The translations under genes were made by a program, and so were the position numbers. The notes under the pieces were generated by a model, which was not told the origin of the DNA, ran no database searches, and saw only the letters and a list, made by a program, of their open reading frames with translations. A DNA stretch of 64,000 bases from Candidatus Porisulfidus sp. TsSOB (lineage in GTDB: Bacteria > Pseudomonadota > Gammaproteobacteria > Poriferisulfidales > Poriferisulfidaceae), in NCBI GenBank assembly GCA_002631715.1, contig MRSX01000010.1, positions 18,713 to 82,712 on the forward strand, in the 5' to 3' direction. Positions 1 to 9,441 of the stretch are shown here, one piece after another (within the stretch, counting starts at the first letter, position 1; each line of letters begins with the position of its first letter).

Positions 1-1641
1 TGTCGATTTCCCCGACCCGCTCGCCCCAACCACTGCGACTCTCTGCCCTGGTTTTATTGTCAAGTCAAAATTCTCGATTAAGGGGCGGCGACCCTGGTTG
101 TAGCCAAAGGTGATGTCGCGCAACTCTATATGTCCAGCCAACTGCAACCGTCCATTCAGGGTGGCAATGGAATCCGACGAGTCACGCCTCTGAGCCAACC
201 CAGGGTCCTTCGGGGCCTTCGTAATGTCTTCCAAACGTTGCATATCCGTCTCAAGTGCCTGAAGATCGTCTGAAAACGAAACGAAACGCCCGACGGGTTC
301 CAAAAACATAGCCGCCACAACATAAAACCCCATCAACATGCCGAGTGTCATTTCACCAGCCATAACCTCTGTTGCACCAACTGCTAGTACAGCCACACTC
401 CCCAAGATCAAGAATAGGCCCGGCAAAGCCGAATTAACATGGCTCCACTCGGAAAAGCACTGGCGCGCTTCTAGCTCTCGGGCTTGATGGCCGCTCCAGC
501 GGGAAAAGAAACGATCATCCGCGGCAGTCATCCGTAATGTATCCGTGTGATGCAGCATCATCGTGCCGATGCCCAGCAACAGGCTTTGCTCTCTCTGCAG
601 GGTATGGCTCGCATCGGCGCGAATGCGTGAGATCAGACGCATTAAAACGGCATTAAGCACAGCCAAGCCCAAGACGATTAACGCTAACGTCGGCTCGTAC
701 GCCAGCATGGCGAGCAAAAATACTATGCTCATTCCGAGTTCGATCAACAGACTGATGAAATGATTCGAAAGAGTCTTGGCAATCTTGTCGACAGACAGGA
801 CGCGGGCTGTCAGTTCTCCCGCTAGCCGATGATGGAAGAAGTCGATTGGCAACTGCAGTAGCCGAGTCAGACATTGATCCCAAGCAACTATCGAGATGCG
901 GGCAGCCAAACGCCGCAAACATCTCTGTTTCAGCCAAGTCAATCCGTAGATGAGAACGGCCGCGCTTACCATGGCGCCGGCCACAATCCCTCCCCAGGGC
1001 TCATTTTTCCCCAATACTTGATCCACGAATATGATCAGTAATGCAGGTGTGGCGAGGGCCAGGATGGCCAGCAATAGTCCGCATCCAACCGCATAAGCCA
1101 ATCCACCCCAAGTGCCTTGCAACCAGGGCGGGAGACGTTCCAAGATGCTAGGACGAACGCCCCCGGGCTGGAATTCCGGTCCAGGTTTGAACTGCAGAGC
1201 CACCCCTGTAAAGCCGCTTTCAAATTCCTTCCTTGAAAGCTTGCGGCGTCCGGTGGCTGGGTCGTTTAGATAGTACCAATCGCGATCATATCCTTCCAAG
1301 ATCAGAAAGTGGTTGAATTCCCAGAATAAGATCATCGGGAGTGGCCTTTGCTTGATCTGGCTGATTTTTCCGAACCACCCGGAACATTCGAGACCATAGT
1401 GTTGGGCCGCACGCTTGATGCCAGCAGCTGTAGAACCATCCCGACTGATTTCACACCTGTCACGCAATTCGGCCAGTGGCACCCAGCGCCCAAAATAGGC
1501 AAGTACGCTACCCAAACATGCGGCAGAGCATTCGGTCATATGCATCTGCAACAGAAGCGGAGTGGTCACACGCCGCTTTTCGCGTTCTTTTGTTTGCAAC
1601 TTACCGAGTTTAGTCGGTTCTTTCGGGTTGGAAGAAGGCAT
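1..1641 (-). CDS. NHLM/NHLP bacteriocin-system ABC transporter, C39 peptidase + permease + ATPase (partial, runs off left edge)
   Basis: Not in the ORF track because it has no stop in the window. Hand translation from ATG 1641 gives MPSSNPK...RRVTTPLLLQMHMTECSAACLGSVLAYFGRWVPLAELRDRCEISRDGS...FWEFNHFLILEG...LNDPATGRR (C39 Cys/His/Asp motifs), then TM helices. The same frame reaches Walker A GASGSGKST at bases 1-27. Confidence 0.93.
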   Translation of the reverse strand, partial: MPSSNPKEPTKLGKLQTKEREKRRVTTPLLLQMHMTECSAACLGSVLAYFGRWVPLAELRDRCEISRDGSTAAGIKRAAQHYGLECSGWFGKISQIKQRPLPMILFWEFNHFLILEGYDRDWYYLNDPATGRRKLSRKEFESGFTGVALQFKPGPEFQPGGVRPSILERLPPWLQGTWGGLAYAVGCGLLLAILALATPALLIIFVDQVLGKNEPWGGIVAGAMVSAAVLIYGLTWLKQRCLRRLAARISIVAWDQCLTRLLQLPIDFFHHRLAGELTARVLSVDKIAKTLSNHFISLLIELGMSIVFLLAMLAYEPTLALIVLGLAVLNAVLMRLISRIRADASHTLQREQSLLLGIGTMMLHHTDTLRMTAADDRFFSRWSGHQARELEARQCFSEWSHVNSALPGLFLILGSVAVLAVGATEVMAGEMTLGMLMGFYVVAAMFLEPVGRFVSFSDDLQALETDMQRLEDITKAPKDPGLAQRRDSSDSIATLNGRLQLAGHIELRDITFGYNQGRRPLIENFDLTIKPGQRVAVVGASGSGKST

Positions 1642-1653
1642 TCAGGATAGCCA

Positions 1654-2541
1654 TCAAATTTGCTCTAGGCTAAGCAGCGCGATAGGCGAATGCCGACCAA
1701 GCACGATGCGTACGTGGCATGGCGTGCCGTCCGGCACAGCGAGTTTCGATTCGGAGTCAAGAGCAATATCGACGCGATAGGCGTAATCCATGCTCTCCGA
1801 CTGAAATGCCGCAAGCCAACTCGGAAACGGCCCAGAGGTTACAGCGACAATTTCTCCGTTCACTTCATGCATCGCCCTGTCCGGCATCACAATCTCGACC
1901 GATGCCTGCATGCCAGCGCGGAGACGTTTTGCCATACGCGGATCGACTAGCAGCACCGCTTGGAGTGGCTTGTCTTCCGGATCGCGAAGCTGGGCAACAA
2001 CTGACCCAGCAGGCAAATAGTCTCCTGGGGCAGCATCCAAAACCATGATTTCGCCACTCATATGGCTGGCGATAACTTCTTTCGCAGTGCGCCGGGCCTC
2101 CATTTGCAGCAATGCTTCTTGGATCGAGGCTAGAAACGAGTTCGTGCCATCGCCACCAACCTGCTGCACACCCGCCTCCAGAATCTCAATCTGGTCACGT
2201 AAAGCGGTAATCTCACGCTCCAATTCCGGTACGGTCTGACGGGCAATTGGGGCTCCCTTTTCAATCTGGTCCCCAGGGGTCACCATAAACTTCACTAAAT
2301 GACCCGGCTCGGTCGAGACAACCTCATGGCGAATTCCTGGCTTCAGCAGAACTCCGTCGACCGTAACGCTGCGTACAACACTGCCGAATAATATCCAAAC
2401 GAGAAGCACCAACAAAACCACGCCGATGCCACCCAAGATGACGCGCTCGTGAGGAGCCGCTACCCTTAGTAAATAGTCGAGTTGCTGGCGTTTGTTCCTG
2501 CTGGCCGCAGCATCATCAAGAAACAGACTATTGAACATCAA
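1654..2541 (-). CDS. NHLM bacteriocin-system secretion protein, HlyD/membrane-fusion family
   Basis: N-terminal QQLDYLLRVAAP followed by one TM helix, lipoyl-like hairpin halves and a coiled coil; directly upstream of the C39-ABC transporter. Confidence 0.88.
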   Translation of the reverse strand: MMFNSLFLDDAAASRNKRQQLDYLLRVAAPHERVILGGIGVVLLVLLVWILFGSVVRSVTVDGVLLKPGIRHEVVSTEPGHLVKFMVTPGDQIEKGAPIARQTVPELEREITALRDQIEILEAGVQQVGGDGTNSFLASIQEALLQMEARRTAKEVIASHMSGEIMVLDAAPGDYLPAGSVVAQLRDPEDKPLQAVLLVDPRMAKRLRAGMQASVEIVMPDRAMHEVNGEIVAVTSGPFPSWLAAFQSESMDYAYRVDIALDSESKLAVPDGTPCHVRIVLGRHSPIALLSLEQI

Positions 2542-2770
2542 TACTTATCCATATAGGGTCGTTCATTATAGTCACAGCCGACACACCACTATCAAAAGTC
2601 ATCGTCTGTCTGCTAGGGAGGAACAGCATGTTGTGAAAATTGTTATTGCTCTGCCATTTTGACGGGTATGGCACAAGGTCTTTTCAGAATACTTTATTGA
2701 GTAAAAAACCCTCGAAAGTCCACTGAAATCAGTGCGCAAGGAAAGCCCTGGAAGCCTGCACGCGCGCGCA

Positions 2771-2835
2771 TTGACAAGCCTATAGGGATAAGATACACTC
2801 CATACACGTAAGTTAAACCCAACCTAGCGAGGAGG
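2771..2835 (+). promoter_or_regulatory. Near-consensus sigma70 promoter and strong RBS for the precursor gene
   Basis: TTGACA (2771-2776), 17-bp spacer, TACACT (2794-2799); GAGGAGG at 2829-2835 before ATG 2840. Confidence 0.7.
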
Positions 2836-2839
2836 AATC

Positions 2840-3112
2840 ATGGGAGCATTTATGGAATCGGCCATGCAGCGTGCGGAGGAAATGCGCACTCACTTGACCG
2901 AGAAAGCATGTGAAGATAGTGAATTCCGCAAGCGTCTTGTGGAAGATCCTCGGGGTGCTGTTGCCGATGAGTTCGGCATTGAAATCCCCGAAGCTTTTGA
3001 TGTCCAGGTACACGAAAGCGATCTGACTACTCTTCACCTTGCATTGCCGCCTGGTCCAGATTTGGATGAAGAGCAGCTTGAGGCAGTTGCTGCCGGTCTT
3101 TGCTGCTGCTAA
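2840..3112 (+). CDS. NHLP (nitrile hydratase-like leader)/proteusin RiPP precursor, predicted core LCCC
   Basis: Leader motifs KACEDSEFRKRLVEDPRGAV and VQVHE...LHLALPP; double-Gly-type cleavage site LDEEQLEAVAAG; core ctt tgc tgc tgc taa. Confidence 0.93.
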   Translation: MGAFMESAMQRAEEMRTHLTEKACEDSEFRKRLVEDPRGAVADEFGIEIPEAFDVQVHESDLTTLHLALPPGPDLDEEQLEAVAAGLCCC

Positions 3113-3137
3113 AAACGATATTGCATCTTTTGACGCA

Positions 3138-3221
3138 GACAGGTTGACCTAAAGCAATTTCTGTCAATCAAATTGACTCCTGGCGTTGGGTGTGTTGACA
3201 CTTTTTCGTCAGGAGTCAGTT
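3138..3221 (+). terminator. Tandem stem-loops downstream of the precursor (terminator or mRNA-stabilizing element)
   Basis: gacaggttg...caatttctgtc (3138-3165) and the long stem aattgactcctggcg...cgtcaggagtcagtt (3171-3221). Confidence 0.5.
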
Positions 3222-3273
3222 GGTTAAGGCCACCCGTCAAGGCGGGAATCAAGTAAATATCTTGTGGTAGAGT

Positions 3274-5646
3274 TTGCCAAGCATGGCAAGCGAACCCAAC
3301 AACACCTCTCAAGGGTTTGAAGTACGATTCGGAAAGTGGGTCATCGCGGCTCGTTGGCCAATCACCATAATCTCTCTAATCCTGACTGCGCTGGCCGTCA
3401 GCGGCAACGTATTTCTCGAAACCGCCACAAGCTATCGTGCGTTCTTCGAGAAAGACAATCCTCAATTTCAAGCGCTTGAATCTCTGGAAAACATCTACGG
3501 GAAAAACGACAGTGTCGTCTTTCTTGTGGTCCCAGAAGATCGTGACTTTGCATCGGAGCAATCTCTCGCGGCTGTAGTCTGGCTGACCGATCGCGCATGG
3601 CAAACACCATATTCAACGCGGGTCGATTCAATTGCAAACTTCCAGCACACTACTGCAAAAGGCGACGATTTATTCGTGCGCAACCTTGTAGACCCGCAAA
3701 AACTAAACAGCGCGCAAGAACGATCTCGGATTCGTAAGACGGCTCTAGCCGAACCGCGACTCGCCGGCAATCTCGTGGCCCGGGATGGTACCGTAAGCGC
3801 AGTCGGCGTCACTGTGCAATTGTCCGAGGAAAACTCATTATTCGAGGGTTCCGAAGTCGCTAAATTCGCATACAGCCTTGCTGCCGAAGCGGAAGAGAAA
3901 TTTCCTGGCATCGACCTCCGCTTGGTCGGCTCGATAATCATCAACGACACACTTTCAAATGCGACCCTAGACAGTCAAACAACCTTCCTGTCCGTGAGTA
4001 TGCCCATCATGGCATTGACTCTCGGCATCTTGATTCGGGGGATTGTGGGAGTCATGGCGACAGGACTTGTCATCATTTTCTCTGTTCTCGCGGCGATAGG
4101 GATAGGTGGATGGGCGGGGCTGCCATTTACGCCATCCACAGCTCCCGCAACAACTATAGTGCTGATGATTTCCATTGCCGGCTGCGTACACCTACTGGTC
4201 ACTTTAATGCAGCGTCTACAGGCTGGAGACTCGAAAAATACCGCGATTATCGAATCCCTCAGGATCAATCTATATCCGATGTTCCTTGCGAGCTTGACTA
4301 CGGCTCTCGGATTCCTGAGCATGAATTTTTCTGAGGTCCCACCTTATCGCCACCTCGGGATGTTTGTCACATTTGGCGTTGGCGCCTCATTCCTGCTCAC
4401 GGTAACCTTCCTGCCTGCTCTTCTTTCACTGCTTCCAATGCGTACGCCAGCAGCCCGGGAGGAGAAGCATACAGTAATGGCCGCTATTGCGGAATTCGTG
4501 ATCCGCCATCGGACACATGTGCTATGGGGTTCGACGGCAGTTGTCCTAGTGTTGCTGGCTGCAATTCCGCGTAACGAATTAAACGATGTCCTGGTGTATT
4601 TCTTCGACGAGAGCGTCGAGTTGCGTCAGGATGTCGACTTCATGGACAAACACTTGAGCGGAAACACCGTACTCGAGTACTCGATTGTTTCGTCTGGACC
4701 AGAAGGAATCGTCGATCCTGCTTTTCTTGAAGATCTTTCAGCCTTTGCCGACTGGTACCGGGCTCAACCGGAAACACGGCATGTCATGGTTATTAGCGAT
4801 ACTTTCCGACAACTCAACAAGAGCATGCACGGTGACGACCCCGCCGCCTACCACCTGCCCGCCCGTCGTGATCTCGCCGCACAGTACCTGCTGCTTTATG
4901 AACTTTCGCTTCCTCTAGGCCTCGACCTGAATAACCAGATTAATGTTTCCAAGTCGGCCACCCGCATGACTGTGACAGCGAAAACACTTTCCTCAAAAGA
5001 AATAGTGGAGTTGAACGAGCGTGCGACAGCATGGCTGAATAACAATGCGCCCCACTTCACTCGGGCAGAAAGTGCGGGAGTTGCATTAATGTTCGCGCAT
5101 ATTGGGTTACGTAACATCAAGGCCATGCTGCTCGGCATAACACTCGCACTTATCGGCATCTCTATCCTTCTCATTATCGCCCTCCGCTCATTCCGGCTTG
5201 GCCTTGTGAGCTTAGTGCCAAATCTCGTTCCTAGTGCAATGGGATTCGGTGTTTGGGCACTGACCGTAGGAGAAGTTGGGCTCATATTGTCGGTTGTCAT
5301 GGCCATGACCATCGGCATTGTGGTGGATGACACGGTGTACTTCCTCAGCAAATATCTCAAAGCGCGCCGAAAATACAACTCCACAACTGAAGACGCGGTA
5401 CGCTACGCCTTTCGGAGAGTCGGACGAGCGTTGGTCACGACCTCGGCTGTGCTGGTGGCTGGCTTCCTGACTTTAGTTCTGTCCCCATTCGTCCCGAACG
5501 TACAGGTCGGGCTACTCATCGCAATGATCATTACATTTGCATTGGTTGCAGATTTTCTGCTCCTTCCTACCCTGCTAATGGCTTTGGACCGGCGTCCCCG
5601 CTCTACTGAACCGACCCCAACAACGCTCAGTCACCCCTCCGCATAG
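3274..5646 (+). CDS. MMPL/RND-family transporter
   Basis: 790 aa with two repeats of TM + periplasmic domain + 5 TM; motifs GIVVDDTVYFL and ASLTTALGF. Alternative ATG at 3283. Confidence 0.88.
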   Translation: MPSMASEPNNTSQGFEVRFGKWVIAARWPITIISLILTALAVSGNVFLETATSYRAFFEKDNPQFQALESLENIYGKNDSVVFLVVPEDRDFASEQSLAAVVWLTDRAWQTPYSTRVDSIANFQHTTAKGDDLFVRNLVDPQKLNSAQERSRIRKTALAEPRLAGNLVARDGTVSAVGVTVQLSEENSLFEGSEVAKFAYSLAAEAEEKFPGIDLRLVGSIIINDTLSNATLDSQTTFLSVSMPIMALTLGILIRGIVGVMATGLVIIFSVLAAIGIGGWAGLPFTPSTAPATTIVLMISIAGCVHLLVTLMQRLQAGDSKNTAIIESLRINLYPMFLASLTTALGFLSMNFSEVPPYRHLGMFVTFGVGASFLLTVTFLPALLSLLPMRTPAAREEKHTVMAAIAEFVIRHRTHVLWGSTAVVLVLLAAIPRNELNDVLVYFFDESVELRQDVDFMDKHLSGNTVLEYSIVSSGPEGIVDPAFLEDLSAFADWYRAQPETRHVMVISDTFRQLNKSMHGDDPAAYHLPARRDLAAQYLLLYELSLPLGLDLNNQINVSKSATRMTVTAKTLSSKEIVELNERATAWLNNNAPHFTRAESAGVALMFAHIGLRNIKAMLLGITLALIGISILLIIALRSFRLGLVSLVPNLVPSAMGFGVWALTVGEVGLILSVVMAMTIGIVVDDTVYFLSKYLKARRKYNSTTEDAVRYAFRRVGRALVTTSAVLVAGFLTLVLSPFVPNVQVGLLIAMIITFALVADFLLLPTLLMALDRRPRSTEPTPTTLSHPSA

Positions 5647-5754
5647 GGATGACCATTCTCAAAGGCTACTCATCACTGGCGCGGATGTGGGGTCCCTGCG
5701 AACATGCAAAAAAAGAAGCGAAGAACCCGCTTATCACGAAAAGGCCCCTCTAAA

Positions 5755-6906
5755 TTACTTGGAGAGATTTGCGGTCAGCGGCCAAGCAAATACCAGTAGA
5801 AAAATGTAGCCTTTGACTTTCTCGACTCTGTCGTGAACCAGCGTGAGTTTGAAATGGTGTATGCCCCGCATCAGCACGAATTGGCCTGACTTGCCGGACA
5901 AAGGTTCCGACCCCGATGCCCATTTCACCAATTCTGTCAGCTTCTCCGGAACAGCAACACCCGCCTCACGTATACCATCAATGAGGGGAGTCCAATGCTG
6001 GATATCTTTCAGCCATTCTCCCTCTCGCGCATAGAAATTCAGTCCGAGAGTCTCCCCCACGCCGTTCGCTCTCACGTCAAGATGGACTCCCATGTAGGTG
6101 AAAGCATCACGTTCTTCAAGGGGCGAAGCGCTTGCGGCGACCGCCGAGCATTCCCCCGGCCATCCAATACGCTCCAAAAAAGACACGACTTCGTTCGCCT
6201 TCTTAAATCCCATCACCGATAACCTAATTCCCCCTTCTCTTTCCGGAAAGCCTCCAACGGCCTGAATCCATGTGTCTGGCTTCGTGGCCAGATACACGCT
6301 CTCGATCTGTCGACGTTCTTCAGCACTCAGGTCCAGGTTGGCCGAATAAGCCACCGCATCAACCACGGTAAAGAGATCCCGAAGTTGTTGATCACCACCA
6401 CCGCCAACCAGCACGTCTTTGTCTGGGTACAAGAATATCCCCGGCGCTGGAAATGGAGCATGCGACTCTACATCAATATCGTATTCGAGCATCAGCTTCC
6501 GACCAACAATACGGCGAAGTGTGGATTCTTCCGACTCCGTCTCACTGAGCAACCAGGCAACGTTTGCTGAAGACGAGTCCGCACCTTCGGCTTTCCCCTT
6601 TTCCTCAAGAAACGTCGCGGATTGACCTCCGCCAATAACCGAAATGCCAAAATCCGCTATTGCCCGGGAATCATGCAGAGGCAGTTCAAACCCGAAAGGC
6701 AAGGCCGCTACGGTTACAGGCAGATTTTGAGCATGTTCAAGAGTAATTTCCCATGCTCGATCTCCAATTAGTTGAGGAGAAATGCGGCTTCTGAGTTGCT
6801 GCAGAAATTCCGCCATGGAATCCGCCTCGTGAAGGAGGCGTTTCTCTGTCGCGATCCATTGATCTTCAAGGCTCATGGCTGGCAGTTCCTCGTGGTAATC
6901 ATTCAA
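5755..6906 (-). CDS. Hypothetical RiPP-associated protein, possibly PT-barrel (ABBA) prenyltransferase-like
   Basis: 383 aa, ATGA-coupled to the YcaO gene. Motifs FGFELPL, LMLEYD, ERIGWPG, HLDV..GVGETLGL, RGIHHFKL...KGY recall uncharacterized proteins of leader-peptide RiPP clusters. The function is inferred. Confidence 0.75.
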   Translation of the reverse strand: MNDYHEELPAMSLEDQWIATEKRLLHEADSMAEFLQQLRSRISPQLIGDRAWEITLEHAQNLPVTVAALPFGFELPLHDSRAIADFGISVIGGGQSATFLEEKGKAEGADSSSANVAWLLSETESEESTLRRIVGRKLMLEYDIDVESHAPFPAPGIFLYPDKDVLVGGGGDQQLRDLFTVVDAVAYSANLDLSAEERRQIESVYLATKPDTWIQAVGGFPEREGGIRLSVMGFKKANEVVSFLERIGWPGECSAVAASASPLEERDAFTYMGVHLDVRANGVGETLGLNFYAREGEWLKDIQHWTPLIDGIREAGVAVPEKLTELVKWASGSEPLSGKSGQFVLMRGIHHFKLTLVHDRVEKVKGYIFLLVFAWPLTANLSK

Positions 6907-9236
6907 GCAATAACTGGGACGGGGTTCAGGTCAGCCTCTGAAATCGAGTCGTCGCGCCACCCCATTTCGACCGGCACATCGAATAGACGCCCAGGTGCGA
7001 AGCGCTCCCAGAAGTGGCGCAGACCCGGCACAATGACTCGTGCCACAGGCATGCCGATATCGGGCCGGGTCAAGTCTAGCACCAATAATTCCATGCCTTT
7101 AGATTCGATCAAGGCGCGGCATCGTTCTACATCATCCCTCATGTCTGCTGTATCGGGAACAGGGTAATCCAACTTGCCGCGCAGTGTGGCATCAGGATCC
7201 GGCGTCAGATACGGGAGATCTGACAGCTTGCCATTCTTCCACCACCACAGGCACAGTGGCTCGTCGACATCGTGACCGCAACCGCCCCTCTTCGACCCCT
7301 GAACCCAGTTCAGGAATTGGTTCAGCTCACACACCGCACGCAAGGCCGCAATGTGTGGGTCCACATGCGCCCCAGCCCCGTAAATAATGTCTTCCTCTTC
7401 CTTGTCAGTCCGGCGCGAGACGGCGACAAAGGCGGGAATGCCAAGATCATTGGTTACGTCCAGCAGCCACATTTCGCGGTTGAAGCCGCGGTAGAAGTCG
7501 GGCGCGGCTGCAAGATAGTCATCCTCGAAACTTTCCAAATCCACCCCAGGCAGGCGCAGTCGGTTGTACCACCAAATTGAGAAGGCATCACGTTCAACCA
7601 GCTCAAAAAATCCTTGCAGAATCGCCTCTTCGAGTGTGTTTCCGGCGGCACAACCGTTGGAATCCGCCTTCAGAATTGGTGTCCCGTTTTGATCAGCCCA
7701 CACGCTGTAAAGCATTGGTGTCGGCAGGTATCGGTGTCGGTCTTGTGTCAATGACCACACGGGAGACCACTCTATCTCTGCACACGAGTCGAAACGGGGC
7801 GGCACAAAATTGTAGGGATGACCATGGCCATTGATTTGATCTGCGTGATCCAACTGCCAATCACTGAACAACTGTATGTTATTCGGGTGGATCACTTCGG
7901 TCTCGCTAAAATCCTCAAGCCGCTTCCTGCAGCGGATCTCATCGCCATGAAATGCGCAGGAATAACGCTCAATTGCCTCACAGAGCGCACTCGCCTCGGA
8001 TTGCTGTGGAGTGCTTCCCTTGCCTGCACTTTTGCTCCTCAAACTGCGACGCAACGAACTCAACTTGCTATTTCTTAACGCGAAATTGCTTCCAGCCCAG
8101 TAGACGTGCAACCAAGAATCGGATTTTTCCGTGGTACGCGAAAGCCACGACACGACACCGCTGATAGAACTGATCAGATGCCGGTACTTAGCAAGAGTCT
8201 CCTCTGGAGATACCGAATGCACACCGCCACTGTTCCGAATGCTCTTCGGGCTCGGTTTCAGTTGTATCGGGATTGGCGCCCGGTCGGCACGATATAACAT
8301 CTCGTCACCGCACGCGAAACACTGCGGGCGTCGCATAACCTGATGATATTCACTCTTCAGACGGGCAGTGTCCATCGAGATAGCCTGTTCGTGGAGCGGC
8401 GCCAGTTCCTCGAAAACCAGCCATTTGGCAATCTCGACCGCGACGAGACGATATACCGAATCCAAAATGGCAGGCTGGGCGACATTAGGCAGGAACGCAG
8501 CATCCTCACCGCCAAAGTTGCGCAAAAAATTGTGGACCTCCTCGTGGCCTCGAAGACGATATGCGAGACAATCCCAACAGGGGCCCTGTTCCGCTGGCCG
8601 AAAAATCGGCCCAAACAGAGGATGGATGCCTTTCGGCCTAACCAACATCCACGGCATGCCGGACTTGACATGACTCCGATTCATGTCCGCATGCCGCTTA
8701 TCAAGATAGTCGCTGCAAACGGTGACAGAAAGGCTTGGTCGGTCCGTGCTCGCGGCCACACCCATGGCTTCAAGCTGTCGAACGATGTGGCCATCATCGC
8801 CGGCAACCGAAACCCTAGATTCTGCAAGGCGTTCCTCGGCCCACCGAGGAGAAGCGCCCAATGAAGACCAAAATGCTGCCTCTTCTCGTTCCATAGCGTA
8901 GTCGCCTGAGACGATATAGCCCCTAGAAGCCAAGGCCATCAGTGCCATCTGGACATCAGACTCTGAATACGTGCCGGAGAGCTCGGACGTAATGTCGTGA
9001 TGTGAGCGAGAACCGTCGAAAAGCGGTAGTAGGCCAGAATAAATCGGTTCGCGAAGCAAAGTGCTGAACAACTCGGAAACCAGCAGCACCTGCCCGTCGT
9101 CGATCTTGCGAAATTCTATATGCGGCGTAAGGATGGGCGATTCGACAACGCCAAGGTCGGGTGCCGTGACTCTCTTTAAAATTCCATTACCCGATTTCTT
9201 GTTCGGTGCCATCTTCTTGCTTGCATTCTCATTCAT
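6903..9236 (-). CDS. Fused TOMM leader-binding/E1-like + YcaO cyclodehydratase
   Basis: E1-like GPCWDCLAYRL and RRPQCFACG; YcaO ATP-binding motifs SAGKG, ALCEAIERY, SNGCAAG, ELVERDA; Pro-rich C-terminus LNPVPVIA typical of azoline-forming YcaOs. Confidence 0.95.
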   Translation of the reverse strand: MNENASKKMAPNKKSGNGILKRVTAPDLGVVESPILTPHIEFRKIDDGQVLLVSELFSTLLREPIYSGLLPLFDGSRSHHDITSELSGTYSESDVQMALMALASRGYIVSGDYAMEREEAAFWSSLGASPRWAEERLAESRVSVAGDDGHIVRQLEAMGVAASTDRPSLSVTVCSDYLDKRHADMNRSHVKSGMPWMLVRPKGIHPLFGPIFRPAEQGPCWDCLAYRLRGHEEVHNFLRNFGGEDAAFLPNVAQPAILDSVYRLVAVEIAKWLVFEELAPLHEQAISMDTARLKSEYHQVMRRPQCFACGDEMLYRADRAPIPIQLKPSPKSIRNSGGVHSVSPEETLAKYRHLISSISGVVSWLSRTTEKSDSWLHVYWAGSNFALRNSKLSSLRRSLRSKSAGKGSTPQQSEASALCEAIERYSCAFHGDEIRCRKRLEDFSETEVIHPNNIQLFSDWQLDHADQINGHGHPYNFVPPRFDSCAEIEWSPVWSLTQDRHRYLPTPMLYSVWADQNGTPILKADSNGCAAGNTLEEAILQGFFELVERDAFSIWWYNRLRLPGVDLESFEDDYLAAAPDFYRGFNREMWLLDVTNDLGIPAFVAVSRRTDKEEEDIIYGAGAHVDPHIAALRAVCELNQFLNWVQGSKRGGCGHDVDEPLCLWWWKNGKLSDLPYLTPDPDATLRGKLDYPVPDTADMRDDVERCRALIESKGMELLVLDLTRPDIGMPVARVIVPGLRHFWERFAPGRLFDVPVEMGWRDDSISEADLNPVPVIA

Positions 9237-9441
9237 GTTCGTTGCCTAGCACCATGTTCGCGCAGATAGGTCGCGATGCTCATTTGACTCTGCACTGGCC
9301 CCGAAGCAACTTTGCGGCAAGGTTTCGTTTAGAGTAGATTTCATGTCAGAAGGTTTGCGAGATTCACGGATGGGATGTCCGTCAATCGCCCCCAATGCCT
9401 ACCTATCAGCGGGGTGCCGGAACCCGGGCATATAATTCAGA

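Noticed and set aside
1-1653. No long ORF in the track, suggesting a pseudogenized transporter
   Set aside because: Hand translation from ATG 1641 found no stop in the stretches read (1641-481 and 60-1) and stays in one frame to the Walker A at the window edge. The gene is only cut by the window.
9246-9344. 32-aa minus-strand ORF (MKSTLNETLPQSCF...ARTWC) upstream of YcaO as a second precursor
   Set aside because: No SD, no NHLP or double-Gly leader features; probably a chance ORF.
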